Positions 1-12,327 of a stretch of 64,000 nucleotides of DNA are shown in pieces. Made by a program: the position numbers and the translations under genes. Position 1 is the stretch's first letter. Each line of letters opens with the position of its first letter. Source of the DNA: Octopus bimaculoides (taxonomy: Eukaryota); contig NC_068993.1 in NCBI RefSeq assembly GCF_001194135.2, forward strand, positions 16,559,027 to 16,623,026. The letters are read 5' to 3'. The notes beneath the pieces were generated by a model, which searched no databases, had not been told where the DNA came from, and saw nothing but the letters and a program-made list of their open reading frames with translations.

Positions 1-600
1 AAAACAACAAAAAAAAAACAATTTGTTTTTCTTCTTTTCTTTGAACCTGCAAATTCTTTTTTTTTTTTTGGTTTATTCTATTTAATGCTTGTTATTTTTT
101 TAACAAAGAAACATTTTCCTTCCTTGTTAATTAGTTATTCCTCCTTGTTTTTAAATATTTTTATTTTTTCATAAAGCAAATTTGTTGTATGGTTGTATAA
201 TTTTTTCTTAGCCATTTTACATCTTTTTTAATTTATAGTTTCTTTTTTTTTTTTTTTTTCATAGCCATGGTAATATACATGGAAAAGTTCTTCAAATTTA
301 AAGTAATTGATTGCTTCTTTTCACAACAAAATGTCATTAGGGGCATTTGCTTTTAACACTTCCCCAATAATAGCAATACTGTTGATGGTGTCTATTGTAT
401 CACCAGTAATCCATATGAAGCTATGAACTTAACACAGCTACCAGCAGTGAACTGTGCCTTTTACTATGCTTATATGTTTACAGCTAAGTGGACTGAGCTG
501 ATAAATCTTAAGTGGACAGACGTCAACAACAACTGGACATTAGCTATTAATTTATCAAACCCCAGACTATTAAATTAATACTTTTGCCAGTTTTAAATCT

Positions 601-978
601 GAAGATTTATGTATGAATTGTTGAATCAAAGAGATTTTTGTTTTAGATTTTGAAATAAGTCTTGATCCTCTTGTCATCTTGTAATATGCAAGTCTAAATT
701 ATGTGGAATATCTTTTTTAAACACAGACAAGTGTGATTTGAAGGAATTTTGCTGTTAGCTCTAACAAGTTGAAAAACAATGAAGATTTATATATGAACTG
801 TTGGGTTGGGTCAAAGAGATTTTTGTTTTATATTTTGAAATAAGCAATTTTATCTTCATCTTCTTGTCATTTTGTAATATGCAAGTCTAATTTATCTGGT
901 GTATCTTTTTTTAAAGACATACAAGTGTGATTTGAGGGAATTTTGTTGTTATTTCTAACAAGTTGAAAAACAGTGAAG
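601..978 (+). repeat. Tandem duplication (~180-200 bp unit, 2 copies) of a SINE-like repeat segment
   Basis: 601-780 and 781-978 both run gaagatttat...caaagagatttttgtttta...gtaatatgcaagtctaa...caagtgtgatttga...ctaacaagttgaaaaaca. Confidence 0.85.
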
Positions 979-999
979 GTTCGTTTAAACAGTTGTTAC

Positions 1000-2030
1000 T
1001 AATAGTAATGTTTACCTCAAAACTGCCTTGATCATGCAGACGTATGATTAAAGGTATTACAACTAAAATTGTCCCATCTTTTTATTTTTTTTCAGGCATA
1101 ATGTATCTAGAATGTATCCTTCCTTGTTTTTAAGACTGTAGGTTGTGATTTAGAAGAATTTAGCTGTTATTTCTAGCAAATCAAGAAGCCCATAGTGGCT
1201 CACTTGAACAGTAATTGTTGTTCTTCCACCCTAGATTAGCCCTGATCAAGCACTGTAATCATCCCCTCTATTTTTTTACATGCACAATGTATCTAGGAAT
1301 ATATTATTTATTGTGTCCTCAAGGAGTTGAGCAATATTTAGATGTGATATCTAGCAGGGTAACTACATGGAAGCATCTTCTTTGTCTCCTAAAGATTCCC
1401 TTGTTAATGTTCAGAAGCTTGGTATGAGTAGCACTAATCTTTGGTTGTAGTTTGACAAAATCAAACTCAGTTTTTCTTTTATTTTAGTCTATTGGGCTTT
1501 CTTGTCTATTTTCTTATGTTTCGGAACAATACTGGTTGCAAATGGAATGTTATTGAATGTTTTTTTAAGAGCGTTTTTTTTTTCTTTCATTATTTTTTAA
1601 CTTATAAAAACAAACCATTCTTAGAAGAACAACACCAGCAATAAAAGGCGAAATACTGACAAAGAGTTTATTTAAAATGGAAAATGAAAGCTGTAATGGA
1701 TGATAAAAGACATGAAGTGTTTTGAAAAACAAGACATTTGTTGGAAAACAACTGATATCATAGATAAAACCTGAAGAGATCACACAGAATAATAGACTTG
1801 TTGTTTAGCCACAGAACAGTTCTTATTGAATAGAACTATGATCAAAAGTATTCCAACTGTGACCATCCCATCTGTTTTTTTCCCTGGCTTAATGTCTCTA
1901 GGATTGCATTATTCAATGTGTTCTTCCTCCTATAAGATGGTAAAGTATGATTTAAGAGAGACTACTATTTTTAGTAGATCAAGCAACCTCCTAGATGGTC
2001 CCTTGTTGACTTAGACATCACTCAATGTTT
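1000..2030 (-). mobile_element. Cluster of degenerate copies of an unclassified SINE-like family; further copies at ~3245, 7560-8010, 8445-8660, 11455-11630, 12375-12540 (opposite strand) and 44690-44890
   Basis: Recurrent motifs gtgtgatttgagggagatttggctgctatttctagcag and ttgttgtttagccc...tatgatcaaagg..ttccagc. On the minus strand the unit ends in a (CAA)n-like tail. Confidence 0.6.
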
Positions 2031-2252
2031 CTACTGACAATGATAATAATCTGGGTTACATGTGGTTTCCCTGATTGGTTAGTCCTAAGTGGCTGTTTCC
2101 TTATCAAGGGTCACTTTATTATATGTTCTTTTCATTTTTTCCTCTCCTTTAACAAGTTTATATAAAACCCAGCTGTTTTAAGTCTTATGTTCTCCATTAG
2201 GCATTCTTGTTGCTATGAGTTGCTCTTGTAGAAATAAATGAAAACATTATTA

Positions 2253-2287
<35 letters not shown>

Positions 2288-3592
2288 GTTATTATTATTT
2301 ATTGCTGTATCTGAATTCATTTCTAAATTATATGGCTAAATTGCTCAAAAATTCAAGATTAAAAGCCAGATATTCAAATTCCTGTTCTTTGGTTATTCCT
2401 ATGCAGATACGTCGTTATACCATTTATGTGTCATAAAAAAAAAAAACAGAATCTTCAGGTTTCAATAACCACAACTCGTACGAAATCCATTTGCATTTTA
2501 TGACTTCTAGGTTGAATTTATCAATAGAATTATGGATTAAATTCAAATTCATGTGTGCAGCCATTTTAAGCAGGTTAGTCTTATCGTCTGTGTGCATCAT
2601 TTAAGCCAAAAACTTAGTTTATGATTTAAATATTATAGATGCAAAAGTACTTGATTTTTTTTTTATTAGTGACACATATTTCTATGTATGACTATTTTTG
2701 TGAGTGCATGCTTGTCTATATGACAGAAGTTATCAACTTGTTTGTCTCTCTATTTGACAGAAATATCTGTATCAGACAGAACTATCAGCTGTTGATACTT
2801 CTGTCTCATACTTAGCATTTGTGCCACAAAGATGGATTCACAAGTTATGGTGAACAAAACTTGCTGGTTAACTGGCTCTTGCAACAAGCTTTAAATTATA
2901 CCAAATTATTTATTCACTAAACAAACTTGTTTTCCTACACCAACCTGTGTAGAATCTTATGCATTTTTGTGATTTTTTTCTTTTGCCATCACAGTTTTGA
3001 CATGCATGTTAAAATTAAAATATGTAACATTTTAGCACAGCCGTTTTGGTGCCAATTATTTGGTGTTGCTGAATCGACACTGACTTATTTGACATCAGAC
3101 GTTTTTATGTTTCTCTCTTTCTCTTTCTGTCTCTATGTGTATGTTCACATTTCTCTTTATATGTATGAGGAGAGGGAAATTGTTTATGTCAATCATGTTT
3201 AATTAATAAATTGTCATGTCTCTCTCTCCCACTCTGTCCTTATTTAAGACAACAGAGTGTCATTCTTGGAATATTTGGCTACCGTTTCTGGCAGATTGAG
3301 AGACTACATAATTTCCATTGACCAGTACTTACCAACTTGTATTTTGTGACTTTTAATATTGGGAAACTATGCAGTTATGTTCTGAAATTATCTTTGATTT
3401 TTCACATTTACATATTAAAATTAAAAATTGATTACCTATTTTAATGTTAAGATAACAAATTGCTAGAATTGTCAGAATATTAGTTAGAATGACTTGCAGC
3501 ATTTGTTTTGTCTTTCTGGTGTCTGTTCAAATCCTACTGTGGTCAACTTTGCCTTTCACCATTTTGGGGGTAATTGATAGAGTACTCTTTCA

Positions 3593-3905
3593 GTGAAGGC
3601 ATGTGGCTCAGTAGTTAGGGGACTTGGCTCACAATCATAAGGTCATGAGTTCACTTCCCGGCAGTGCATTGTGTCCTTGATCAAGACACTTTATTTCACG
3701 TTGCACCAGTTCACTCAGCTGGCAAAAACAAGTAGTATCTGTATTTCAAAGGGCCAGCCTTGTCACATTTTGTGTCACAATGAATCTCCCTGAGATCTGT
3801 TAAGTGTCTGTGGATTGTTCAGCTACTTGCATGTTAATTTCATGAGCAAGCTGTTCCATTGATCAGTTCAACTGGAACCCATGTTACCATAACCAACAGA
3901 GTACC
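3593..3905 (+). mobile_element. tRNA-derived SINE family 3, tail type A; another copy at 39775-40098 (-)
   Basis: Head gtgaaggcatgtggctcagtagttagg...gagttcacttcccgg with A/B-box-like motifs. The body matches the inverted copy at 39.8-40.1 kb. Confidence 0.8.
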
Positions 3906-4200
3906 AGTTAACTATTTCAGTACTGCTATTAATTCCTGTCTCTGTTTCATACCTCCAGTTCAAAGATCTGGCTTTGTCATATTTGTACCGTGTTGATTTG
4001 ATCTGAGCATTGCATTAACAGTACATATCTGCCAAAATACTTGGCCATTTATTACACATTAATTTACTGTGTCAGAATTCAGTTGGTTAAACAACTTTCT
4101 AGGAAAATTTTTGCTGTACATGCTTATTTTCACATGTTTGCTTGAAAACAATCTATTTAACAGCTATACACTATTTAATTTTTTAAAAACAAACATTCAT

Positions 4201-4508
4201 TCTACTATAGCCTCGGGCCGACCAAAGCCTTGTGAATGGATTTGGTAGATGGAAACTGAACGAGGCCAGTCGTATATATGTATATATATTTATATATGTT
4301 TGTGTGTCTGTGTTTGTCCCCCCAACATCGCTTGACAACCGATGCTGGTGTGTTTACGTCCCCGTAACTTAGTAGTTCAGCCAAAGAGCGATAGAGTAAG
4401 TACTAGGTTTACAAAGAATAAGTTCTGGGGTCGATTTGCTCGACTAAAGGCGGTGCTCCAGCATGGCCGCAGTCAAATGACTGAAACAAGTAAAAGAGTA
4501 GAAGAGTT
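4201..4508 (+). mobile_element. tRNA-derived SINE family 1, 5'-truncated
   Basis: ctactatagcctcgggccgaccaaagccttgtga...(TA/TG)n...gcatggccgcagtcaaatgactgaaacaagtaaaaga; same structure as the full copies at 37.2, 45.1 and 48.6 kb. Confidence 0.9.
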
Positions 4509-4597
4509 CAGTTGTAAATAAACAGGCCTCTGATCAAAGACATTTTTGCCATGACCTTCTCATCTTCCTTTTTAAGACATGGTGTTATTGCTACATG

Positions 4598-4607
<10 letters not shown>

Positions 4608-4643
<36 letters not shown>

Positions 4644-4742
4644 NNNNNNNNNNNNNNNNNNNNNNNNNNNNNNNNNNNNNNNNNNNNNNNNNNNNNNNNN
4701 NNNNNNNNNNNNNNNNNNNNNNNNNNNNNNNNNNNNNNNNNN

Positions 4743-4772
<30 letters not shown>
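4608..4772. repeat. (TATC)n and (TA)n microsatellites flanking an assembly gap (N 4644-4742)
   Basis: Direct reading. Confidence 0.95.
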
Positions 4773-4775
<3 letters not shown>

Positions 4776-6010
4776 ACAAGAAATACTACCCATTTTGTAA
4801 GCCAAACAAATCTGTCTCATATATCAATGTCTCCTCCAATCATCCAAAATCTATTATTGATAACATCGTCAGTACTATCTTGATCAGAATCTCTAACTTG
4901 TCCACAAACAAAGAGATTTTTGATCAACATGCACTGGTATACAACAATGCTCTAAAATTAAGCGGCTTCAAAACTAAAATCTCATATATACCTAACACAA
5001 GATTTGAGAACAAAATGGCTGGCCTACCACCTGACCATGTCACAGAAAGTCAAGAGAAATGCAATGTATTATTTGATTGCAAGCAATGTAAGCCATCAGT
5101 TAGATACTTATATAAAGAGGTTAGGAATAGACACTGGGAGCGAAATAGTGGCAGTGAGAAGATGAATAAAACCAAGAGTTCATGTTCTAGAATACGGGAA
5201 GTCGTATGGTTTGCCCCCACTTTTTCTCTTAGAGTAAGAAATTTGCCCAAGTTGTTTTTTTAAGATTCTGAAGGAGAATTTCCCAAAGAATCATAAATAC
5301 TACAACATCTGCAATAAATCCTTCATCAAATTTTCTTACTCGGTAATACCGAATTTGGCATCCATTACTGCATTTATTAACAGAAGCAAATTAAATGGGT
5401 AAGTGCACAGGAAGTATTCCTATGTTGGAAACCCTGGTATTGGGTAGGTAAGCTCTAATAAGCCTAAGGTTAGTGTCACAAACCATTTACTTCCACCGGC
5501 CTTATTGACTCCCTGTAAGAGATATCTGAAGGGAAGAACGCTGGAAGCCAGATAAGTAATGTTAGTATTAGTAATAGGAATATGGGTGGTTCTAGTAAAT
5601 CCTGTAATTGTAGAAACCCTAGATTATGTCCCCTTGACAGATTCTGTCTGACTACTAATGCTATATATAAATGCGTTGTTAAAGTGGAGTGTAATTTGGA
5701 TATGTTTTACATAGGCTATATAGTCAATTTTAAGGTGAGAGATAGTCCACATTAATTCGTTTTTGAACAAAAAATATTGTAGCTCCACTACACTTGCATC
5801 TTATATACATGGTTTAAAGAGGAATAAAAAAATTACTCTCTTGAATGGTTTTTTATCTCAAGGGCTCTTTATTTTAGAGTTGATATTAACAAGTGCAAGT
5901 TGTGTATAAGAGAATCTCTTGCCATCCGTAAGTCCTTTGGGCCTAAAATATTAATTAAATTTGCAGAGGTGATCCCTTTTTGCAACCATAAGTAAAACTA
6001 GATGTGGTAA
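4763..6010 (+). pseudogene. Penelope-like element: RT thumb/linker plus C-terminal GIY-YIG endonuclease, frameshifted; RT core absent or lost in the gap
   Basis: Thumb: YYPFCKPNKSVSYINVSSNHPKSII...FDQHALVYNNALKLSGFK. Linker: VVWFAPTFS...FPKNHKYYNICNKSFIKFSYS and SCNCRNPRLCPLDRFCL. Endonuclease: NAIYKC...FYIGY..FKVR..H..SF...TTLASYI..LK...LEW...CKLCIRE...CNHK. Frameshifts near 5260, 5745 and 5830. Confidence 0.9.
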
Positions 6011-6704
6011 ATAATATTTAGTTTTACTGGGTTTTGAAACCAGATAGTAAAAATTCCTATTATTAGCAGCCACTTGCATGTTTAGCAATGAAATAAAATA
6101 ATTTCTTTTTTTGTGTGTGTGTATTAGAAAATTGGACTGGTCCTGCGATAGATTATTATCTTTAAATTGGGTATGCAGTCATTTTGTAGCTCCCGTGAAT
6201 GAACAATTAGTTGAGATTCCTGTTCAGCCTGATGAGGGGGTCATTGCCAAGATGCACCTTAACTTGTAATCGAACTGTGGCTGTGAACTTCTGAAATAGT
6301 CATAGATGTGTTTGACTTGATTTTGTGAAACTCTCTTACGCTTCTGGACTCCAACCTACCTTGGTTTTTATGAAATGAACCTTTTTGACATATTTTTATT
6401 TGAGGGGAGTAAAAAATTCTTGTAGTCAATTGATATTTTATTTTATTTAGATTCTTAGTTGCATGACATGCTTTAGAATTTTTAGTTGATGGTATATACC
6501 TTCTTGATAGACCATTCTATATATCTGTATTTTTATTTGCATATATATTTTTTACCTACTGTGCTTTTTATATATGTATTCTTTATAAGTTAAAGGCCAT
6601 GGTGATATTTATATGTGATCAAATGTATGGAAGCATGGTGTTATAAAAAGACGTTGACACGAATTTGATGTTTGTTCTCTGATCAATGTTTTTTTTACAC
6701 ACAC

Positions 6705-7527
6705 ATATATATTGGTGATAGAGGCAGAATTAATACTGAGTGGTGATAATATTTAACCCTATTTAACTGTGGATGTTCTGTCAGAACAAACTTTACTGCA
6801 GTAGATACCATGAGAGAAACTGTCATATAGACTTTTGGTGCAAAATGCATACTTGTTTATATATAGCTGGTGGGGAGACAAATAGTGCCAAGACCACCAG
6901 ATCCTGTGATATCCACCTTCCTTGGTTTCATCAACTCACCTCCCCACCAGCAATATATAGAAAACCAGTGCCAGAACTGGTACTGGTGTGGCAATTAGCC
7001 AATGAGTTTTAGCGACTGAAGCAGTATTGATATCGAAGGGTTTAATATTTAACCCCACTTAAACGTGGATGTTCTCCCCACTAGTGATATGAACAAGTGT
7101 ACATTTTGCATCAAAAACTGATATGAGAGATTGTCTCATAGCATCTACTGCAGTAAAGTTTGTTATAATGGAACCTCTACGTTTAAGTAGGGATAAATAT
7201 TACCTCTTCATATTAATACCTCTTCTGTTCTTAATATATATATTTTTAACAAACTGACTGGCTAACTACAACACCAGTACCTGTTTTGGTACTCATTTTC
7301 TATATACCGCTGGCATGGAGGTGAGTCAAGCGCCCATCATTGATGAGACCAAGGAAGGTTGAAATCATGTGATATGGTGATCTCAGTGCTAGAGTTGGTG
7401 GGAATTTGTCTCCCTGCTAGCAATATAAACAAGTGTGCATTTTACACCAAAAGCCTGTATGAGAGCTTCTCTCATGGTGTCTGTTGTAATAAAGCTTATT
7501 CTAACAGAACATCCACATTTAAGTGAA
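6705..7527. repeat. Cluster of inverted duplications of an unclassified MITE-like sequence
   Basis: 6705-6865 is inverted at 7085-7245, and 6760-7012 is inverted at 7252-7527. The 7053-7192 unit has ~22-bp TIRs (ccccacttaaacgtggatgttc / gaacctctacgtttaagtaggg). Confidence 0.8.
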
Positions 7528-8009
7528 TACATGATCTGTGTCTTCTGTCCTGCCGTTTTTTAAAACAAAAGTCAATGTGTTATTTGAAAGAGTTTTGGCT
7601 GCTGGTAGAGGTATTCTGCAAAGCTTTTTCTTTCTCATTAACTCAAGTTTAGACAAAAGTACTGTTGTTTTCCAGTCTTAGGCCAGCTCTGAAAAGCACC
7701 CCTATAGATAAATGTTATTTTAGCCATGTTCATCCCAGATTTTCTTCTTAATTATTTCCTGATGCAGTGTATCTAATACTACACTACTGAATGTGTCTTA
7801 TCTTAAGATTGTAAGGTGTGATGTTAGTAATGCTATATGACTTGAGGAAGATTGAAATACCATTTCTATAAGGCCAATGACCATGCAGGTGTTCCCTTCA
7901 GTTAATCTTTTTTTATTGCTGCTTAGCTCCAGGTAAACTCTAATTAAGCAAGTCTATAATCAAAAGGATTCCAGATCTAACCACACCATTTTTTTAGAGC
8001 TATATCCAA

Positions 8010-8190
8010 CATCATCCTTTAACATTCATTTTCCATGCTGGCATGGGTTGGGTGGTTTGACCGAAGCTGGCAAATCATCGAGCTGCACCAGGCTCCACTC
8101 TGATTTGGCTTGGTTTCTATAGTTAGATGTCCATGCTAATGCCAACCACCTAGCAGTGTGTGCTGAGTGCTTTTAATGTGGCACTGGCAT
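8010..8190 (-). mobile_element. RTE-related 3'-tail/SINE family; further copies at ~31270-31500, 32980-33150, 34700-34895, 35840-36030, 41800-42000, 61755-61920 and 63040-63340
   Basis: Conserved ...ttaggaagggcatccagc..tagaaac...ccaacccatgccagcatggaaa.cggacgttaaa(tga)n tail, found in both orientations. Confidence 0.8.
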
Positions 8191-9187
8191 GATCCATGAC
8201 CAGTATAACGTTATTCTATATGTCCTTTCCTTATCTAAGATAATGGGGTGTGTTTTAGCAGATCAAACAACCTTAGATGATGTAGAGATTTAAGGCGATA
8301 AGATTAAAGGAAGTAGAACTATAGAACTAGAGACATGGTAGATAGATCAGAATATGTAACTTATAGTACTTAATTATACTCCATTATGATTCTGAGTTCA
8401 AATTCTGTTATTGTCAGCTTTGTTTTTTTCTTCCGGGGCTGTTGTTGATTTTGATGTTTAGCTCCAGGTCTACTCTGATCCAGCAGACCTATGATCAAGG
8501 GAATTTAAATCCCATTTTTTATTATTATTATCATGTAATATACTTATGACTACATTATCTAATGTCTCTTTTTTTCACAACAGTAGAATGTAAATTAAGG
8601 AAGATTTGGTTGTTGTTTCTATCAGATTGAGTAATCATACAGAGATAACCTTCGTATGTCTCATTGTGGTTAGTGAAATAAGTATTAGTTACAAACTCTA
8701 TTAACTCTAGTTAATAATAGAATTAATTGAAATGACTTGTAGTTCACTAGTAGTAATTTGTTGTTTATATAGCATTATGTTTAATTATTAATTACAATTA
8801 TTGAAGACAGTTATACTGGGCAAAATATATTGATGTATTTAGTTATAGCTTTTTGCTTTTACCTTTCATCATTCTGACGATAATAGCATCACTGAATTAC
8901 TGCAATTAATTAGATAAACTACATCACCCCATCAGATCTGTAGCACTATACCTAATTTAGAAATCATTAGAGTTGTTGTTATTATGAGAGTAAATAGATG
9001 GCAAAACCAGTGCAGCATTGGCTAAAATGCCTTCAAGCACTGAATCTTGTCTCTTTTCATTCTGAGTTCAAATACTGCCCAAGTTGAATTTGCTTTTTGT
9101 TCTTCAGTGATAAGTACCAATCACATATCGATATTAATTTAATTAACTGCTTCTTCCTCCCAAATTTACTCCCATTGTGTAACAATA

Positions 9188-10443
9188 TATTAGGTCATCT
9201 CATAAATAATGTGGTTTTTTGAATTGTATGAACTAAAAGTCAGGGGAGTATGGGATAAACTACCTGCATCAACATGCTATAAAAGCAGGTAGAAATTTCA
9301 CCTTGTTCTTATTCTTAGTACAAGTTTTGAAAAGTGTAGTTCAATTTTAACAGCTAGTTTTTCAAAGCTATAATGGAAATGACAAAGGAGGCATATTTTG
9401 CTTTATGAGTTCAGTAAAGGCAACAACACAATGGAAAGTGCAAGGGATATTAATGCAGTATATGAGGATTGGACAATAAGCATAAGCCAGAGTCAATGGT
9501 GGTTCCAGAAATTCTGAGCTGGAAACTACATCCTAGAAAACAAGCCTTGTCCTGGAAGATCTGTAGAGCTCAACAAGGATGTCCTGCAAGCTCTGGTGGA
9601 ACAAAATTCCATCGTAACTGTTGAGGAACTAGCAGAGAATCTTGGATTTGACCATTCAGCCATTCATCAACACCTGTGTGCAACTAGAAAAGTCAGCAGG
9701 TTGGGTCAGTGGGTTCCTCACAAATTTTCCAAGTCTAATTGTGCACAGAGAGTGAATGTGTGCTCTTTGCTGTCACATCTCACAAATGAACCTTTTTTAG
9801 GACTGAATAGTGACTGGTGATGAGAAATGGGTTCTCTATAAAAATGTCAAGTGGGTAGGGAAAGGAGAAACACTGGCAACCCAGGCTAAAGGAAGTCTTC
9901 ACCCACTTAAGGTGGTGTTATCTGTTTGGTGGGATATGAAAAGTTTAGTCCACTTTGAACTTTTAAACCCAATCCAAGCGATAACAGGTGATCTGCTGCG
10001 AGTAGCTTGAGCATCTCAAGTCAGGGCTAGAAGATAAATGACTGTCTTTGGTTTCAAGACGGAAAGTGTTCTTCCATCAGGATAATGCTTGGCCACATAC
10101 AGCGAGGATGATATTCCAAAGGTTGGAACAGTTTGAATGGGAAATGATGCCCCACCCATCATATTTGCCAGACATTACCCCATCTGATTGTCATTTATTC
10201 CAAAGTTTTCAAAATCATTTGGATGAAAAAAATATGAATTCTCTAGATGAGGTCAGAACAGTATTTGAGTACTTTTTGTCATGGACAAGTGAATTTTGGG
10301 AGAGGGGCCTTGAAAGTTTACCAGATAAATGGAAGAGCATTATAGAAAATGAAGGATAGTATATTTTAGATTAAAAAAGAACTTTAACTTAATTTTGGAA
10401 AATAAAAGAAGTATAAAAAAAACACACTATTTATGAGATAATA
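9188..10443 (+). mobile_element. Full-length degenerate mariner (DD34D) transposon
   Basis: TIRs tattaggtcatctcataaataatgtggtttttt / aaaaaaacacactatttatgagataata. Transposase remnant from ATG 9373 to 10359: ILLYEF..G, GQWVPH, TGDEKW, QDNAWPH, HPSYLPDITPSDCHLF, with 34 residues between the last two Asp. Stops and frameshifts present. Confidence 0.95.
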
Positions 10444-10689
10444 CTTTATATTATTCTTGATAAACTGGCAATATTTTGGCAAATGCAATTTAGTAATGGA
10501 TTATATTCCTTGCAGCATTTTCTTTCATGTTCAAAGTTGACTATTGCTTTTTGTCCTTTTATGGTCAATTAACAAAAGTACCAATCTATTGGGGGTGGGG
10601 GGCAGATATGTCTTGATAGACATTACTCTTCCCCACAAAATTCTGTCCTTGTGTCTTTGTTAGAAATCATAATTATTATAGATAATATA

Positions 10690-10860
10690 AAGGCAGTGTG
10701 CTAGATAAAATGCTTGGTAGCACTTCTACCAGCTCTTTACATTCTGAGTTCAAATGTTGCTGAGGTTAACACTGCCTTTCCTCCTTCATGGGTCAATAAA
10801 GTAAGTACCAGTCGAGCACTGGGGTTGATGTAATCAAATTCCTTCAAAATTGTTGACCTT
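10690..10860 (+). mobile_element. tRNA-derived SINE family 2, degenerate; further copies at ~3480, 9000, 14400-14780 (-), 27830, 33900 and 40915
   Basis: B-box ttctgagttcaaat followed by core tgcctttcatcctttcggggtcgataaa.taagtaccag...ctggggt.gat. Confidence 0.75.
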
Positions 10861-11018
10861 GTGACAATATTAGAAAGGATTATTCGGGATAATATATTTT
10901 TGTGCTCTGCATAACTAAATGACTATTTCACTTTAACTATAAGAGACTTTAAAGGCAACTACTGATAACCATATCTTAAATATATTCTTATTTACAATAT
11001 GATACCAAAATCAAGTTA

Positions 11019-11425
11019 CCGTAAATCCTCGAGTATAATCTGCACTTTTTTCCCAAAATTTAAAGGTCAAAATTTCTAGTGCGTACTATATATGAGGTTA
11101 AAAATGAAAAAATATTTTCTAAGTGATAAATATGTAAAGGCAATTTATTTAATATTTATTTTTCACTGACGTTATTACTGTTATTTATTTATTTTCTGCA
11201 AAATGCACAAAAAAGCCACACGTTTGCATTATGTTATATATACAATAATAATAAAGGACATTACCATATATACGTTTGCAAACCAAGGACGTTATATAGA
11301 CCTCCTTGACTCAAGTTAGAGAAGGGTGCGTATTATACACAAGGTTTAGGGTTTTCAGAGGTACAGCTTCCTAAAAATCCCCTACGTATTATACTCAAGG
11401 GCAGACTATACTCGAGGATTTACAG
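11019..11425. mobile_element. Tc2/pogo-like MITE with TA target duplication
   Basis: TA|ccgtaaatcctcgagtataatctgc ... gcagactatactcgaggatttacag|TA, with subterminal repeats of gcgtattatac. The CCGTA terminus is typical of Tc2-type elements. Confidence 0.85.
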
Positions 11426-12061
11426 TATTTAAACCTCATCCCCTCCCAAGTCCACTGGCCCATGATCAATGGCATTCAGCTGTGACTTTCCCACTTGTTT
11501 TTTCTGGCATAGTCTACCATTGACTGCATTATCTCATGTGCCTTTTAAGATGGTGGAGTGTTATTTGCGGGAGGTTTTGCCACTATCTCTTGCAGATCAA
11601 GCTACCATTTAGTACAAGTTTTGTCATTGGTTATGATGTCAAAGGTGAACCAATGTAAATTGGTTGACCACTGAACTCCATATCTTTCTATATGTAGTTT
11701 GAACCAAGTTATTTTTTGTTTATCTATGTTCCGAGGCTAGGAGTATTGGCCTTATATTCTAGCTCCCAAAATTTAACAACATAGACATCAGTAATACATT
11801 AGGATCAAGTCAATTGACAATTCTCTATATTCTTATATCAAGGAATCAGTTTGGCTAAACATCCAATTCACAATGTTTGATAGAGTTAATTCTGGTCTAA
11901 ACAGTATGGAGGAAATTTCTCGACACTAACTCATCCAAGACTTTCTCAGGTTCTTATAAAAACCCCCTTATTTTAAAGTGATCCATATTTTAATCAAAAG
12001 CTTCCATCATAATTTTATGCCAGAACTTTTTTGTTGTGGTTCAAGCACTAGCTTAATATAT

Positions 12062-12327
12062 CCCTTCAATCAGGGGCCATATGGCACTTAGGGGTTCATA
12101 TGGCACTTGGGATCCATGTAAGATTTTGTTGTTTAAATTTATGTGCAATAAACTGGTATTCTACAACACACAAAATATATATATATTTTTTTTTTTAGAC
12201 AATTTCTAATAGTATTTAACTGTAAAAATATAATAGGATTTTTTAAACATTGAATGGCTGTGAGGATCCATCCGAATAAAGTAAGAATCACAGGGATCCG
12301 TAAGTAAAAAGTGGTTGAGAACCATTG
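12062..12327. mobile_element. hAT-like MITE; second copy at 38109-38755 is interrupted by a SINE
   Basis: Terminal ggttgagaaccattg here and ctagaggttctcaacc in the second copy. Internal sequence is shared (tatttaactgtaaaaa...gg.tcc). Confidence 0.6.

Noticed and set aside
2027-2245. Solo LTR (TG...CA with CCAAT-, TATA- and AATAAA-like motifs)
   Set aside because: No target-site duplication and no second copy; these motifs are common in AT-rich DNA.
5580-6010. Selenoprotein-type recoding in the Penelope-like element
   Set aside because: The Cys motifs here use TGT/TGC. The disruptions are frameshifts and TAA, not in-frame TGA, and no SECIS was identified by eye.
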